From positions 1 to 37,791 of the forward strand of contig JBLHNX010000001.1 of the NCBI GenBank assembly GCA_047622125.1: a stretch of 37,791 bases of DNA, written 5' to 3'. The stretch comes from Paracoccaceae bacterium (lineage in GTDB: Bacteria; Pseudomonadota; Alphaproteobacteria; Rhodobacterales; Rhodobacteraceae). The position numbers and the translations under genes were made by a program. The notes below the pieces were generated by a model. That model had not been told where the DNA came from, did no database searches, and saw only the letters and a list, made by a program, of their open reading frames with translations. The stretch's first letter is position 1. Every line of letters starts with the position of its first letter. Positions 18,720 through 28,127 of the stretch are shown here, one piece after another.

Positions 18720-19588
18720 TATGCCGCATCCTGCTTGGTCGCTTTCAACGCGTCTTCGAGGTCAGTAAAGCTTGGCCGACACGCAGCCGGCGTGTTCTGG
18801 CGCCCAACCTCGATACAAATATTGGGGGCATGCTGATGAAGGTTGGCAACAAGTACCTCGCGAATGAGTTGGTGGAAGTGACCATCTTCGTCGATCACGG
18901 ACTTTACCCGTGCCGCGAATGGACCCACCAAGCCATAGGCAAGGAACACGCCCAAGAATGTACCGACAAGGGCACCCCCGATCATCTTACCCAAAATTTC
19001 AGGGGGCTGGTCGATCGATGCCATTGTCTTGATCACTCCCAAAACCGCCGCGACAATTCCAAGGGCCGGGAGACCATCGGCAATAGACTGCAAAGCATGG
19101 GTTGAATGTAGCGAATGATGCTGGGCTGCTTCGATCCTTTTCTCAAGCACTTCTTCGACTTGATGCGGATCGTCATAGTTCATCGAAGCGGATCGCAAAG
19201 TATCGCAAATCAGCGCGACCGATTCGTTGTCTGCTTGAATCTTGGGGTATTTAGAAAAAATTGTGCTCTCGGACGGGCTTTCAATATGCTCCTCAAGGCC
19301 AACAGGATTAGTGCGCGCCACACGAATCAATTCAAACAAAAGGCAAAGTAGGTCACGATAGTCATCCGGCTTCCATTTGGGGCCTTTGAATACCTTGCCA
19401 GTATCCTTGATCGTGTGTTTGATCCCCGGCACGTCGTTGGACAAGATGAACGCACCCAGTGCGGCACCCCCGATCATAATCATTTCAAATGGCAGCGCTT
19501 TGAGGATGATCCCCATCTTGCCACCCGCAAGGATGTAACCGCCGAATACCATCACAAAGATGATGGCGATGCCAATCAGCCCAATCAT
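18719..19588 (-). CDS. motA: Flagellar stator protein MotA
   Basis: GLPALGIVAAVLGVIKTM...IGGALVGTFLGVFLAYG, IEVGR. Confidence 0.97.
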   Translation of the reverse strand: MIGLIGIAIIFVMVFGGYILAGGKMGIILKALPFEMIMIGGAALGAFILSNDVPGIKHTIKDTGKVFKGPKWKPDDYRDLLCLLFELIRVARTNPVGLEEHIESPSESTIFSKYPKIQADNESVALICDTLRSASMNYDDPHQVEEVLEKRIEAAQHHSLHSTHALQSIADGLPALGIVAAVLGVIKTMASIDQPPEILGKMIGGALVGTFLGVFLAYGLVGPFAARVKSVIDEDGHFHQLIREVLVANLHQHAPNICIEVGRQNTPAACRPSFTDLEDALKATKQDAA

Positions 19589-19631
19589 GTGTTTGTCCTT
19601 TCTGCTCTTTGTCGCAGCTTGGCACAGCAGT

Positions 19632-19637
19632 GGTTAA
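19632..19637 (-). promoter_or_regulatory. CtrA half-site upstream of motA
   Basis: TTAACC on the minus strand in the 66-bp motE-motA spacer; no second half at N7. Confidence 0.4.
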
Positions 19638-19654
19638 GGTTTTGCCATCATTGG

Positions 19655-20242
19655 TTATTGTGTGGGCACTTCGGCGTTCCGGCCCGCAATTACAACGCTG
19701 ATCGAATATGCTGTCGACGGTTCAAGGCCTGTCATGATGCCCGCGGCGGCATCGGGGCGCATGCGTGACAAAAAGCCCGAGGCGAATTCTGGCGCCATTT
19801 CCTCAAAGAGCGCTGCCGCATCGCGCGGCTTCATATTTTCATAGACGGTTGTGAGGCGGCCAATGTCATCCTCGGCAGCTGTCGAAGCCACGGCGAGCGT
19901 AGCAGCAAGGCTCGACTCGGCCTCTTGCAACTCGGCCAGGCGATTCGCGATTTCCTCATCGGCAACATGTAAAGCCTGAAGGCGGTCAGCGAGTTGAGCC
20001 TCGCGGCGCGCAACGCGATCTTCGCGCAAAGTAAGCGCCAAGATAAGGCTCTCACTTTCAACGCACTGCTGGCTTCCTTCGTCTTGCGCGGTCACTGCCA
20101 GTGGCGCGAGCGAGCCTTCGGAATTTGCAAAGACCTGCCCGGCTTCGCCCCCTAAACGCAACACTCCTGATGCCACCAAGAGGCCAAACACAACATAAAG
20201 CGGGCCGCGTGCACGACGTCGCGGAGTTACCTTGCCAGCCAT
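19655..20242 (-). CDS. motE: MotE-family protein (TM, coiled coil, MgtE_N-like domain)
   Basis: LTTVYENMKPRDAAALFEEM...FLSRMRPDAAAGIM; TGATG coupling with the upstream gene. Confidence 0.8.
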   Translation of the reverse strand: MAGKVTPRRRARGPLYVVFGLLVASGVLRLGGEAGQVFANSEGSLAPLAVTAQDEGSQQCVESESLILALTLREDRVARREAQLADRLQALHVADEEIANRLAELQEAESSLAATLAVASTAAEDDIGRLTTVYENMKPRDAAALFEEMAPEFASGFLSRMRPDAAAGIMTGLEPSTAYSISVVIAGRNAEVPTQ

Positions 20243-20595
20243 CAAGCGTCCTCCGATTCGGACTTCTGACGCACGAAGAACGGATTGATTGGTGTTTGCT
20301 TTGGCATAGCATCAGGCAGGTCATGCATGGCGGCAAGCAACAGCTCGATGCGACGCGCGGCGGCGTCAGCTTTATTGGAGTTTACCATGAGTAACTGCGC
20401 CGATTCCCCCGCACCTTTCTGCGCAAGAACCAAAGCGCGGGTCAGATCATCAACCTGTGCTGAAAGAACCGCAACTGCACCACCGACACCTTTTTCAAGG
20501 TCGGTAAAGCGGCGCAAACGACGCGACAGGATGTAGCAATAAAGCGCGGCACCAACTGCGCCTGCCACAAGTAGAATATCAGCAATCATTGCCAT
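20242..20595 (-). CDS. DUF6468-like membrane-anchored coiled-coil protein
   Basis: N-terminal TM with YCYILSRRLRRF followed by a coiled coil; lies between fliL and motE. Confidence 0.6.
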   Translation of the reverse strand: MAMIADILLVAGAVGAALYCYILSRRLRRFTDLEKGVGGAVAVLSAQVDDLTRALVLAQKGAGESAQLLMVNSNKADAAARRIELLLAAMHDLPDAMPKQTPINPFFVRQKSESEDA

Positions 20596-20607
20596 GGGTC
20601 AGCCTTT

Positions 20608-21108
20608 CTAGCTTAGCACAAATTCCATAATCAGAAGGTCACGCACCCGCCCTTCGCCAGCGATAACCTGGACGCGTCGCAACATCTGGGCACGCAGCCG
20701 CATCAATGCGGCTGGCTCATCGAAATCAGAAACCTCGACCGCGCGGAGATATCCGTTCAGGACGTCAACAATGCGTGGCTTGATTGATTCTACATCTGAG
20801 GCAAATTCAGGCGCGACTTCGATCTGGGCAACGAAACGCAGGTATTGATGGCCCGAGCGGCTCGGCAGCGATATCAAAAGCGGCTCGAGCGCGACAAACG
20901 CAACGGGGGGCAAAGGCTCAAGTGGGTCGGGCGCATGGCCACCGTCAGCCGTTTCATGACTGCCGCCAACAAGCCCCATCTGCACCGCCATAAAGCCGCC
21001 GCCGCCGCCAATCAGCGCCAACACCAGCCCAAGGATGATCGGCATCTTCGATCTCTTTTTTGGAACGTCGTCCGCCGCGACTTCTCCGTCTGTTGTGGCC
21101 TCGCTCAC
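20608..21108 (-). CDS. fliL: Basal-body-associated protein FliL (paralog 2)
   Basis: KKRSK-TM-GGGG, FVALEPLLISL, PRIVDVLNGYLR, DLLIMEFVLS; GTG 21108 with GGAG RBS. Confidence 0.92.
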   Translation of the reverse strand: MSEATTDGEVAADDVPKKRSKMPIILGLVLALIGGGGGFMAVQMGLVGGSHETADGGHAPDPLEPLPPVAFVALEPLLISLPSRSGHQYLRFVAQIEVAPEFASDVESIKPRIVDVLNGYLRAVEVSDFDEPAALMRLRAQMLRRVQVIAGEGRVRDLLIMEFVLS

Positions 21109-21153
21109 GATGGTGGCTCCTTGTTTGCCCTCCCTTTCATATGCCGACAACAG

Positions 21154-21168
21154 CTAACCGATTGTTAA
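21154..21168. promoter_or_regulatory. CtrA-binding box in the divergent fliL/fliF promoter region
   Basis: CTAA-CCGATTG-TTAA (1 mismatch). Confidence 0.8.
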
Positions 21169-21228
21169 GGCTGTTCAGTCAAACATGCTGGAGGTGGGCA
21201 GAAGTCCCGCCCTGATCTGGAGAATCCA

Positions 21229-22845
21229 TTGGAAAACCTTGCCGTGCTTTGGTCATCGCTAACCGCCCGTCGCCGTGTCGCGGTCATTGGGGCAACGCTG
21301 CTGGTATTTGTCGCGGTCTTGATGCTTGGGCGAAACGCTGCGTCCCGCGATATGGCGCTGCTTTATTCCGGTCTGGAAAGCGGCGCGGCGGGTGATGTGG
21401 TCGCGTCACTTGAACAAGCAGGGGCAACCTACGAGGTTCGCGGCTCGGCGATTTTTGTCGACTCGGCCCGCCGTGACCAGTTGCGAATGACCCTTGCGAG
21501 TGAGGGACTCCCGGCAAACAGCACGCAGGGGTATGAGTTGCTCGATAATCTATCCGGTTTCGGCACCACATCGCAAATGTTCGATGCCGCATACTGGCGC
21601 GCAAAAGAGGGCGAACTGGCGCGCACGATCGTCGCCTCGGCTCACATCAGAACGGCGCGCGTGCACATCTCGACCCCATCGAGCAGGCCATTCGCGCGGG
21701 GCTTTTCGCCCACTGCCGCTGTAACGGTGACGACTGTTTCAGTCGGGCTGACCGCCGCAAATGCCAATGCTCTGCGATATCTCGTGGCCTCTGCGGTTTC
21801 AGGGCTGTCGCCAGATGATGTCGCGGTCATCGATGGCAATGGCGGGCTGGTCACTGGCGCTGACGATCCTGCAAGCATGGCAAGCGGTGATGACCGAAGC
21901 CGTATGTTGCGCGAACGTGTCGAGCGACTTTTGGCGGCTCACGTCGGCATGGGAAATGCCGTTGTCGAGGTAAGCGTCGAAACCCAAACCGAAAGCGAAT
22001 CGATCCTTGAGCGCACTTTTGATCCCGACAGTCGGGTCGCGATCAGCACAGACGTTGAAGAACGCACGGCTGCCACGCAGGACACGCGTGGGGGTGATGT
22101 GACCGTCGCATCAAACCTGCCCGAAGGTGATGGCGCTGGCGCGGGCGGGGCGTCCACCAATGAAGACGTCGAGAACCGCACGGTCACGAATTACGAAGTT
22201 TCAGAAGTGCAGCGCGAAATTGTCAGGGGGCCCGGCGCGATCCGGCGGGTCACGGTTGCCGTACTCGTGAATGATATCGCACGCGTAGATGACGCAGGTG
22301 AAACAATCACCGAATCACGACCCGAGGAAGAGCTGTTGGCGCTTCGCGATTTGGTGGCCTCTGCGGTCGGGTTTGATGAAGCCCGTGGTGACGAAATCAC
22401 AATCCGCTCCCTCACGTTTGAACCCGTTGCTGTGCTGGGAACCGATGCGCCACTTGCTGCCAGCTCATCGCCTTTGAATATTATGTCACTCATCCAACTT
22501 GGCGTGCTTGCTGGCGTCGCTCTTGTCCTTGGATTGTTTGTTGTGCGGCCCATCTTGACCTCGGGACGCCAATCCTTGGTGACATTGCCCAAGCCGATCG
22601 AATTGCCGCTGACCGCCATTGGTGGTGCGGCTCAAGCTGCCACCGCTTCTCCTGCCTTAATCGAAAGCGCGGTGAACTCAGCCAATGCGACCCTCGCTCC
22701 TCCCAATACGGCTGACGAAAATACGCGTGATGCAACTGACGCCGACCCCGTGACGCGGTTGCAAAAAATGATTGAAAGTCGTCAGGCGGAAACCCTGCAG
22801 ATCTTACAATCTTGGGTCGACGAGCCTGATAAGGCGGGTGCTTAG
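21229..22845 (+). CDS. fliF: MS-ring protein FliF
   Basis: TTG start with GGAG RBS; GYELLD, RAKEGELARTI, ARVHI, NYEVS, GFDEARGD; two TM helices. Confidence 0.97.
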   Translation: MENLAVLWSSLTARRRVAVIGATLLVFVAVLMLGRNAASRDMALLYSGLESGAAGDVVASLEQAGATYEVRGSAIFVDSARRDQLRMTLASEGLPANSTQGYELLDNLSGFGTTSQMFDAAYWRAKEGELARTIVASAHIRTARVHISTPSSRPFARGFSPTAAVTVTTVSVGLTAANANALRYLVASAVSGLSPDDVAVIDGNGGLVTGADDPASMASGDDRSRMLRERVERLLAAHVGMGNAVVEVSVETQTESESILERTFDPDSRVAISTDVEERTAATQDTRGGDVTVASNLPEGDGAGAGGASTNEDVENRTVTNYEVSEVQREIVRGPGAIRRVTVAVLVNDIARVDDAGETITESRPEEELLALRDLVASAVGFDEARGDEITIRSLTFEPVAVLGTDAPLAASSSPLNIMSLIQLGVLAGVALVLGLFVVRPILTSGRQSLVTLPKPIELPLTAIGGAAQAATASPALIESAVNSANATLAPPNTADENTRDATDADPVTRLQKMIESRQAETLQILQSWVDEPDKAGA

Positions 22846-23418
22846 ATGATGATGCACGCACCGTTCCTGCAGGATTTTGACCAGTTTGAGCAGGCTGAAC
22901 ATGATAGCCAAGCACCCTCTGTCGATTTTGAGGCCGGATATACAAAGGGTATTGAAGAGGGGTCCGCGCAGGCCCGGCTTGATGCCACGCTCATGACGGC
23001 TTCGGCGGCTCAAGCGATTGCAGACATGGCGTTCGGCTACGTCGAGGCGCGCGCGCATTTCCTTGCGTTGCTTGAACCGCTCTTTGAATCACTCACAGCA
23101 CATCTCCTGCCGCAAATCGCGCGTGAAACCCTGCCGGCACATGTCGCAGAAGCGCTTAAATTAACCGCGTTGTCCGATGTGGCAGGGCCAGTTGAAATCG
23201 CGGTTCACCCCGAAAACGTTGCCCGTCTTGACGATTTGATGCGGACGAACGCCGGTTTCCCAATCCATCTTTGCGCTGATCCCGCATTGGGCCTCGGCCA
23301 GGCACACATTTGCGTGCCTGGTGGCGAAGGTACTGCCTTGGATGTTGACGGCGTCGTTCACGAAATCATCACCAGCCTCGCTGCGCTTTTTGACAAATCT
23401 GATGAAAGGATTGCCTAA
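22846..23418 (+). CDS. fliH: FliH-like export protein
   Basis: GYTKGIEEG GxxxG repeat, EIAVHPE, DPALGLG; between fliF and fliN. Confidence 0.75.
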   Translation: MMMHAPFLQDFDQFEQAEHDSQAPSVDFEAGYTKGIEEGSAQARLDATLMTASAAQAIADMAFGYVEARAHFLALLEPLFESLTAHLLPQIARETLPAHVAEALKLTALSDVAGPVEIAVHPENVARLDDLMRTNAGFPIHLCADPALGLGQAHICVPGGEGTALDVDGVVHEIITSLAALFDKSDERIA

Positions 23419-23694
23419 ATGGCTGACAAACATTCTGATGGGCACCCACTGCGTGATGTCCCGATTGAGATCACCATTTCCGTTGGCCGCGCCCGCCCGA
23501 TGGTCCGCGACCTCCTCTTGCTTGAGGAGAACGCTGTGTTGCCACTGGATCGAAAGGTCGATGACCCCGTCGAGCTTTTCGTCGGCGACCGGCTCATTGC
23601 ACGCGGAGAGTTACAGGAACTCGAAGGTGGCGAGGCTGGTCAATTGGCTGTGCGCTTAACCGAAGTCACCGCAGCCACCGGAGAGTTGGGCTGA
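23419..23694 (+). CDS. fliN: Motor switch protein FliN (SpoA domain)
   Basis: DVPIEITISVGRA...PVELFVGDRLIARGEL...AVRLTEV. Confidence 0.93.
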   Translation: MADKHSDGHPLRDVPIEITISVGRARPMVRDLLLLEENAVLPLDRKVDDPVELFVGDRLIARGELQELEGGEAGQLAVRLTEVTAATGELG

Positions 23695-23696
23695 CC

Positions 23697-24440
23697 ATGC
23701 GCAAACCTGTCGCCTTGACCGTTGGTGTGGCCATTGTCGTGTCGTTGGCTTTTCTAGCCGCGCCAGTCGCAGCGCAGGACGTCGCGATATCAATCGGCGG
23801 CGAGGGTTCGCTGACGTCGCGGTCAATTCAATTGATTGCGTTGATTACAATCCTCAGCATAGCGCCCGGGCTTGCAATCATGGTGACCTGCTTTCCGTTC
23901 ATCGTAACTGTGCTGTCGATTTTGCGACAAGCAATCGGGCTGCAACAGGCTCCTCCAAACATGTTGATCGTTAGTCTTGCTCTGTTCCTCACCTACTTCG
24001 TAATGGAGCCTGTCTTTGTAGCAGCATGGTCTGCCGGCATCGAACCCCTGCTGAACGAAACGATAAGCGTCGAAGACGCTTTTGCCAAAACCATGGGGCC
24101 ATTTCGTCTCTTTATGGCTGCCAGAATCGCGCCGGACACTTTCGCCGCTCTTGCTGACTTGCGCCCCGATCTTGGGTCGGCGGTGCTGGCACCCGACGCG
24201 CCCTTATCCGTATTGGTCCCTTCGTTTCTTCTGAGCGAAGTGGAACGCGCGTTTCAAGTCGGTTTTTTGATCTTCCTGCCATTTCTCATTATCGACTTGG
24301 TCGTCGCTGCGGTCTTGATGTCGATGGGCATGATGATGGTACCGCCTGCGATCGTGTCTCTCCCGTTCAAGCTTGCGTTCTTTGTCGTCGCGGATGGCTG
24401 GGCGTTGATCGCCGGAAGCCTGGTGCGCAGTTATTATTGA
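23697..24440 (+). CDS. fliP: Export pore protein FliP
   Basis: LRQAIGLQQAPPN, AFQVGFLIFLPFLIIDLVVA, MGMMMVPP, LPFKLAFFVVADGW. Confidence 0.98.
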   Translation: MRKPVALTVGVAIVVSLAFLAAPVAAQDVAISIGGEGSLTSRSIQLIALITILSIAPGLAIMVTCFPFIVTVLSILRQAIGLQQAPPNMLIVSLALFLTYFVMEPVFVAAWSAGIEPLLNETISVEDAFAKTMGPFRLFMAARIAPDTFAALADLRPDLGSAVLAPDAPLSVLVPSFLLSEVERAFQVGFLIFLPFLIIDLVVAAVLMSMGMMMVPPAIVSLPFKLAFFVVADGWALIAGSLVRSYY

Positions 24441-24542
24441 TCTCCATTTGGATTGATAGACGCGATTTTTTTCAGCTTAAGCAAATACCTAGCAAGCCGA
24501 ATACCTACAGGCAGGGAACGTGGGTTGCGCACCGGATTGACC

Positions 24543-25649
24543 TTACCGTACCACAAATTCGGCATGTAGTGCGCCGGCTGCCTTGATGCTCTTGAGTATA
24601 TCGATCATGTCGCGCGGCGAAACGCCCAGCGCGTTCAATCCTGCAATCACTTCGGACAGGGATGTCCCCTCTTGGACTTCGGCAAGGCCGATCCCCGGTT
24701 CTTCGGTGATCGCCACGTCCGTGCGCGGTACGACAACAGTTTCACCGGGCGCAAATGGGTTGGGCTGGGCCACAAGCGGGCTCTCTTGAATGCGAAGCGT
24801 AAGATTTCCCTGACTGACGGCGACGCGACTGATACGCACATCTTCGCCCATAACAATCGTGCCCGAACGTTGATCAACAACGACCCGCGCACGGCGCTCC
24901 GGCTCAACAAGAATGTTCTCGATCCGTCCAAGCGCGTGTGCTGGCGACGCCATGCGCGTCGCGGCGATGTCCAATTCAACAGTGCCTGCATCAAGCATAA
25001 CAGCCACATTGCGACCAAAATCACGATTTATGGCTATTTCAATGCGCCCGGCAGTTGTAAAATCGGGTGTGCGTAGCGCCAAACGGATCGTGCTAAGCCC
25101 TCCGAAATCAAACGCAACCTCACGCTCGACGGTTGCACCTGATGGAATAACCCCTGCCGTGGGCACACCCTGCGTTACACTTGCGCCATTGCCCTGCGCC
25201 GTGGCGCCACCCGCAATGATCGTTCCTTGTGCGACGGCGTAGATTTCGCCGTCTGCGGCATTCAATGGTGTCATAATAAGAGTGCCGCCCATCAGGCTAC
25301 TTGCATCACCGATAGCTGAAACCGTGATATCAATTGGTGATCCCGCCCGTGAAAACGGGGGAAGGCTGGCGGTAACAAGAACTGCGGCTACGTTTTTTGG
25401 ACGAAACTGCTCTCCTGTTACGTTCACGCCAAGCCGTTCAAGAATGTTGGTCATGATTTCTTCGGTAAAGGGCGAATTTCGCAGCCCATCCCCCGTGCCG
25501 TTCAGACCAACCACAAGACCATACCCAACAAGGTCATTGGATCGCACGCCATCGAATTCCACGAGGTCTTTGAGCCGGATCGGTGACGCTGTGGTCGCGC
25601 TAGCGATGATCGCAAGAACGAGTGTCAGGCTGGCTATGATTCTATTCAA
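24543..25649 (-). CDS. flgI: P-ring protein FlgI
   Basis: RLKDL...GYGLVVGLNGTGD, KNVAAVLVTASLPPF, IKAAGALHAE. Confidence 0.98.
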   Translation of the reverse strand: MNRIIASLTLVLAIIASATTASPIRLKDLVEFDGVRSNDLVGYGLVVGLNGTGDGLRNSPFTEEIMTNILERLGVNVTGEQFRPKNVAAVLVTASLPPFSRAGSPIDITVSAIGDASSLMGGTLIMTPLNAADGEIYAVAQGTIIAGGATAQGNGASVTQGVPTAGVIPSGATVEREVAFDFGGLSTIRLALRTPDFTTAGRIEIAINRDFGRNVAVMLDAGTVELDIAATRMASPAHALGRIENILVEPERRARVVVDQRSGTIVMGEDVRISRVAVSQGNLTLRIQESPLVAQPNPFAPGETVVVPRTDVAITEEPGIGLAEVQEGTSLSEVIAGLNALGVSPRDMIDILKSIKAAGALHAEFVVR

Positions 25650-26656
25650 CGCAGATACTCCGCTAAGGACAAACGCGACAGTCTGGCTGTCACAGTGTAG
25701 TGGGTTTCGAGTTGCAACTGGACTTCTTGCATCTGCGCTGCCGTCTCAAACGGGTCCGCCGATGTCAGTTCATTTCTGATAAGGTTCAACGTAGTTTGCC
25801 GCGCGGACTGCCGCGTCACTACGTCTTGTACTCGGCCTTCTGTGCTGCCCAGGCGCGCCTGCAGGTGCGTCAGTTCTGTCGCATTCGCCATCAGACGAAG
25901 ACCGCTTTCTTGTAATAATTCGGTCTGGGCGGCTTCATCACCGGCCAGCGCGCCGTCAGCAACAAGCACGGCCAGCGCAACTGCTTTCAATAGATCGCGG
26001 AGCGCTGGATCATCAGCTTTTGCATCAAGTGAAACTGTCGCGCCTTGATCAATGCGGCGCGTTTGCGCCGGGCCGTTATCACCAACATAGCCAAGGGTTT
26101 CAAACCCGCCGCTGGGTGCATCAAACCAAGCATCGACGGCCATCATCACATCTGTAGCTGTGGTGGCACCCATGGTCGCCGCGCTAAGTTCCGCCATGAT
26201 GGTATCCGGTGAAGCGATGGCCGCGCTGTCAACTGCGGTTCCTGCAAAAAGGGATTTGTCAGCAATGCGTCCGTTTAATGTTGAAACGATTGATTCGAAT
26301 GCACCACGCGCCGATTGTGCAGCTGTGGCACGTTGGCTTGCGCCCCCCGCGGACGTGATCGCAAGCATCTCACTGGCCAGTTGACCACGCGTTGCATCAA
26401 GCTGCTCAAGCGATGCTTGCATCAGTGATAGGGTCTGGGCGGTTTGTGTTGTCGCACGCCCATATCCTTTCAATAGTGACAGTTGTCGGTCCACATCCAG
26501 TAGACGTGTCTGGTCATTCCCAAGATGCGCCACAAGGTCAGAAGATTGTCCGGTTGATAGCTCTTGAACGAGGGTGCCAAGCCGGGTCTTGAGCGCAATA
26601 TTGTTGCGCAGAGATAGGAAGTGCTGCGATTTATCACCGACCGATGTCAGGGTCAT
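25646..26656 (-). CDS. flgL: Hook-associated protein 3 FlgL
   Basis: Flagellin-like termini (LSTGQ; ADPFETAAQM...LSRLSLAEYLR), SLFAG motif; follows flgK. Confidence 0.88.
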   Translation of the reverse strand: MTLTSVGDKSQHFLSLRNNIALKTRLGTLVQELSTGQSSDLVAHLGNDQTRLLDVDRQLSLLKGYGRATTQTAQTLSLMQASLEQLDATRGQLASEMLAITSAGGASQRATAAQSARGAFESIVSTLNGRIADKSLFAGTAVDSAAIASPDTIMAELSAATMGATTATDVMMAVDAWFDAPSGGFETLGYVGDNGPAQTRRIDQGATVSLDAKADDPALRDLLKAVALAVLVADGALAGDEAAQTELLQESGLRLMANATELTHLQARLGSTEGRVQDVVTRQSARQTTLNLIRNELTSADPFETAAQMQEVQLQLETHYTVTARLSRLSLAEYLR

Positions 26657-26657
26657 C

Positions 26658-28106
26658 TCAAAGCTCCATCAAGGTCTGGATCATCGACTCGACTGTCTGA
26701 ACAAGCTTTGCGTTGGCCGCGTATGCTTGCTCAATCTGAAGGAGCATCTGAAGTTCGTAGTCCGAGTCCACACCATTGCTGAGTTCGGCTTGGCGCAGCG
26801 TGTCCCAGCGCGCTGTGGCGAAGCTGACCTCGCTATCTGAGGCTAGTCGCGCGCTACCAATCTTCGACATCAGGTTCGCTGCATGCCCTGACGATGACGC
26901 GAGCTGCCCGCCAAGTGAAATGCTCCGGACGTCAGAAAGTGCATCCGACCATGCGTCAAGTTGTTGGCTGGCCCCAATCGGCCCAGCGGCCAAGGCATCG
27001 ACCCCGTCGCGAAGCCGCGACAGTGCGCCGCCCTTTGCGGGGTCGACTGCCGCATTCACGCTGATCCGGCCAGCGAGGCCGATTGCGTTTAGTGGGTCGA
27101 ACGCCGTGCCATCATCTGTCAGAAGGCCGGCTGCACCCACAGCAAGGGTTGGATCTACTGCCGGATCTTGAAACCTCTCGATCAAGTCGCGCGCCATAGC
27201 ATCAAGGCCAGATTGCACGTCGGTCAGAGCGATGTCACGCATCGAAAATGCAGCGCCAAGTGCGCCACCCGCCAGTTTTCCCACGCCGTCCGTCGGCGAT
27301 AGTGCTTGCCCGCCGAGTGTGATGCCAGACAGACCGCCCGACGCCAACGTCATTTCCGCAGTTGCGAAGTTCGTGGCGGCAAATCCAAATTGCTTGGCGG
27401 GCCCATCGATCAACGACTCGCCACTGGTTGTCATAAGCGCAACTTGCCCGCCTTGCCTGTCGACTTCGCGGATTGGCACAATCTCGGCGATTGTATCAAT
27501 GGTCCGCTGACGTTGATCTATAAGTGCCGAAGGATCATTGCCGGTGTTAAATGACATCGTGATATCTGCGTTAAGCTGTTCGACCTGCCGCAACGATGTG
27601 TTGAGCGTTTCAACGTGTTGCGCAATCGCCTTATCGGCATCGATGCGCAGTCCCTGCACCCCATCAGACGCTGCATTCAACGAACCGGCTAGCTGGTTAA
27701 ATCGATCTACGACACCTTGAAGGTGCGTGTCAGACGGTGGTGCTGCCGAAGCGTCGATAAGTGCCTGTTCGACGTTGTTCACCCGGTTTGAAAGTGAATC
27801 AGGTGCGCCTGCAGTGCCAATAAGCCCCTCGACCCGCGACAAGAAGTCCGAAGTTTGTGCGTGGCCGGACAAACCAGCATCTGCAAGGCGGCGATCTGCT
27901 AGAATGCCGCGATCCACAATGCGGGTCACGCCATTGATATCCACACCCGCACCGCGCCCACCAATTGTTGCGGCCGACAAATCAAGGCGGCGGCGCCCGT
28001 ATCCATCCGTTAACGCATTGGCAAGGTTGGAAGACACTACTTCGGCCATGCGCGAGGCGGCCGTTAGGCCAGACAATGCGTTAGAAAGCGAATGCGAGAT
28101 GCTCAT
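26658..28106 (-). CDS. flgK: Hook-associated protein 1 FlgK
   Basis: ALSGLTAA...SSNLANALTDGYGRR; C-terminal GVDSDYEL...QAYAANAKLVQTV. Confidence 0.96.
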   Translation of the reverse strand: MSISHSLSNALSGLTAASRMAEVVSSNLANALTDGYGRRRLDLSAATIGGRGAGVDINGVTRIVDRGILADRRLADAGLSGHAQTSDFLSRVEGLIGTAGAPDSLSNRVNNVEQALIDASAAPPSDTHLQGVVDRFNQLAGSLNAASDGVQGLRIDADKAIAQHVETLNTSLRQVEQLNADITMSFNTGNDPSALIDQRQRTIDTIAEIVPIREVDRQGGQVALMTTSGESLIDGPAKQFGFAATNFATAEMTLASGGLSGITLGGQALSPTDGVGKLAGGALGAAFSMRDIALTDVQSGLDAMARDLIERFQDPAVDPTLAVGAAGLLTDDGTAFDPLNAIGLAGRISVNAAVDPAKGGALSRLRDGVDALAAGPIGASQQLDAWSDALSDVRSISLGGQLASSSGHAANLMSKIGSARLASDSEVSFATARWDTLRQAELSNGVDSDYELQMLLQIEQAYAANAKLVQTVESMIQTLMEL

Positions 28107-28127
28107 GGGGGTGGCCTTTCAGCGCGG

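Noticed and set aside
1901-21226. GANTC (CcrM) sites in promoters at 1901, 1937, 7332 and 21222
   Set aside because: GANTC also occurs often in coding sequence here; enrichment cannot be shown without counting.
25646-26656. Possible second flagellin
   Set aside because: Position after flgK and lack of canonical flagellin termini indicate FlgL.
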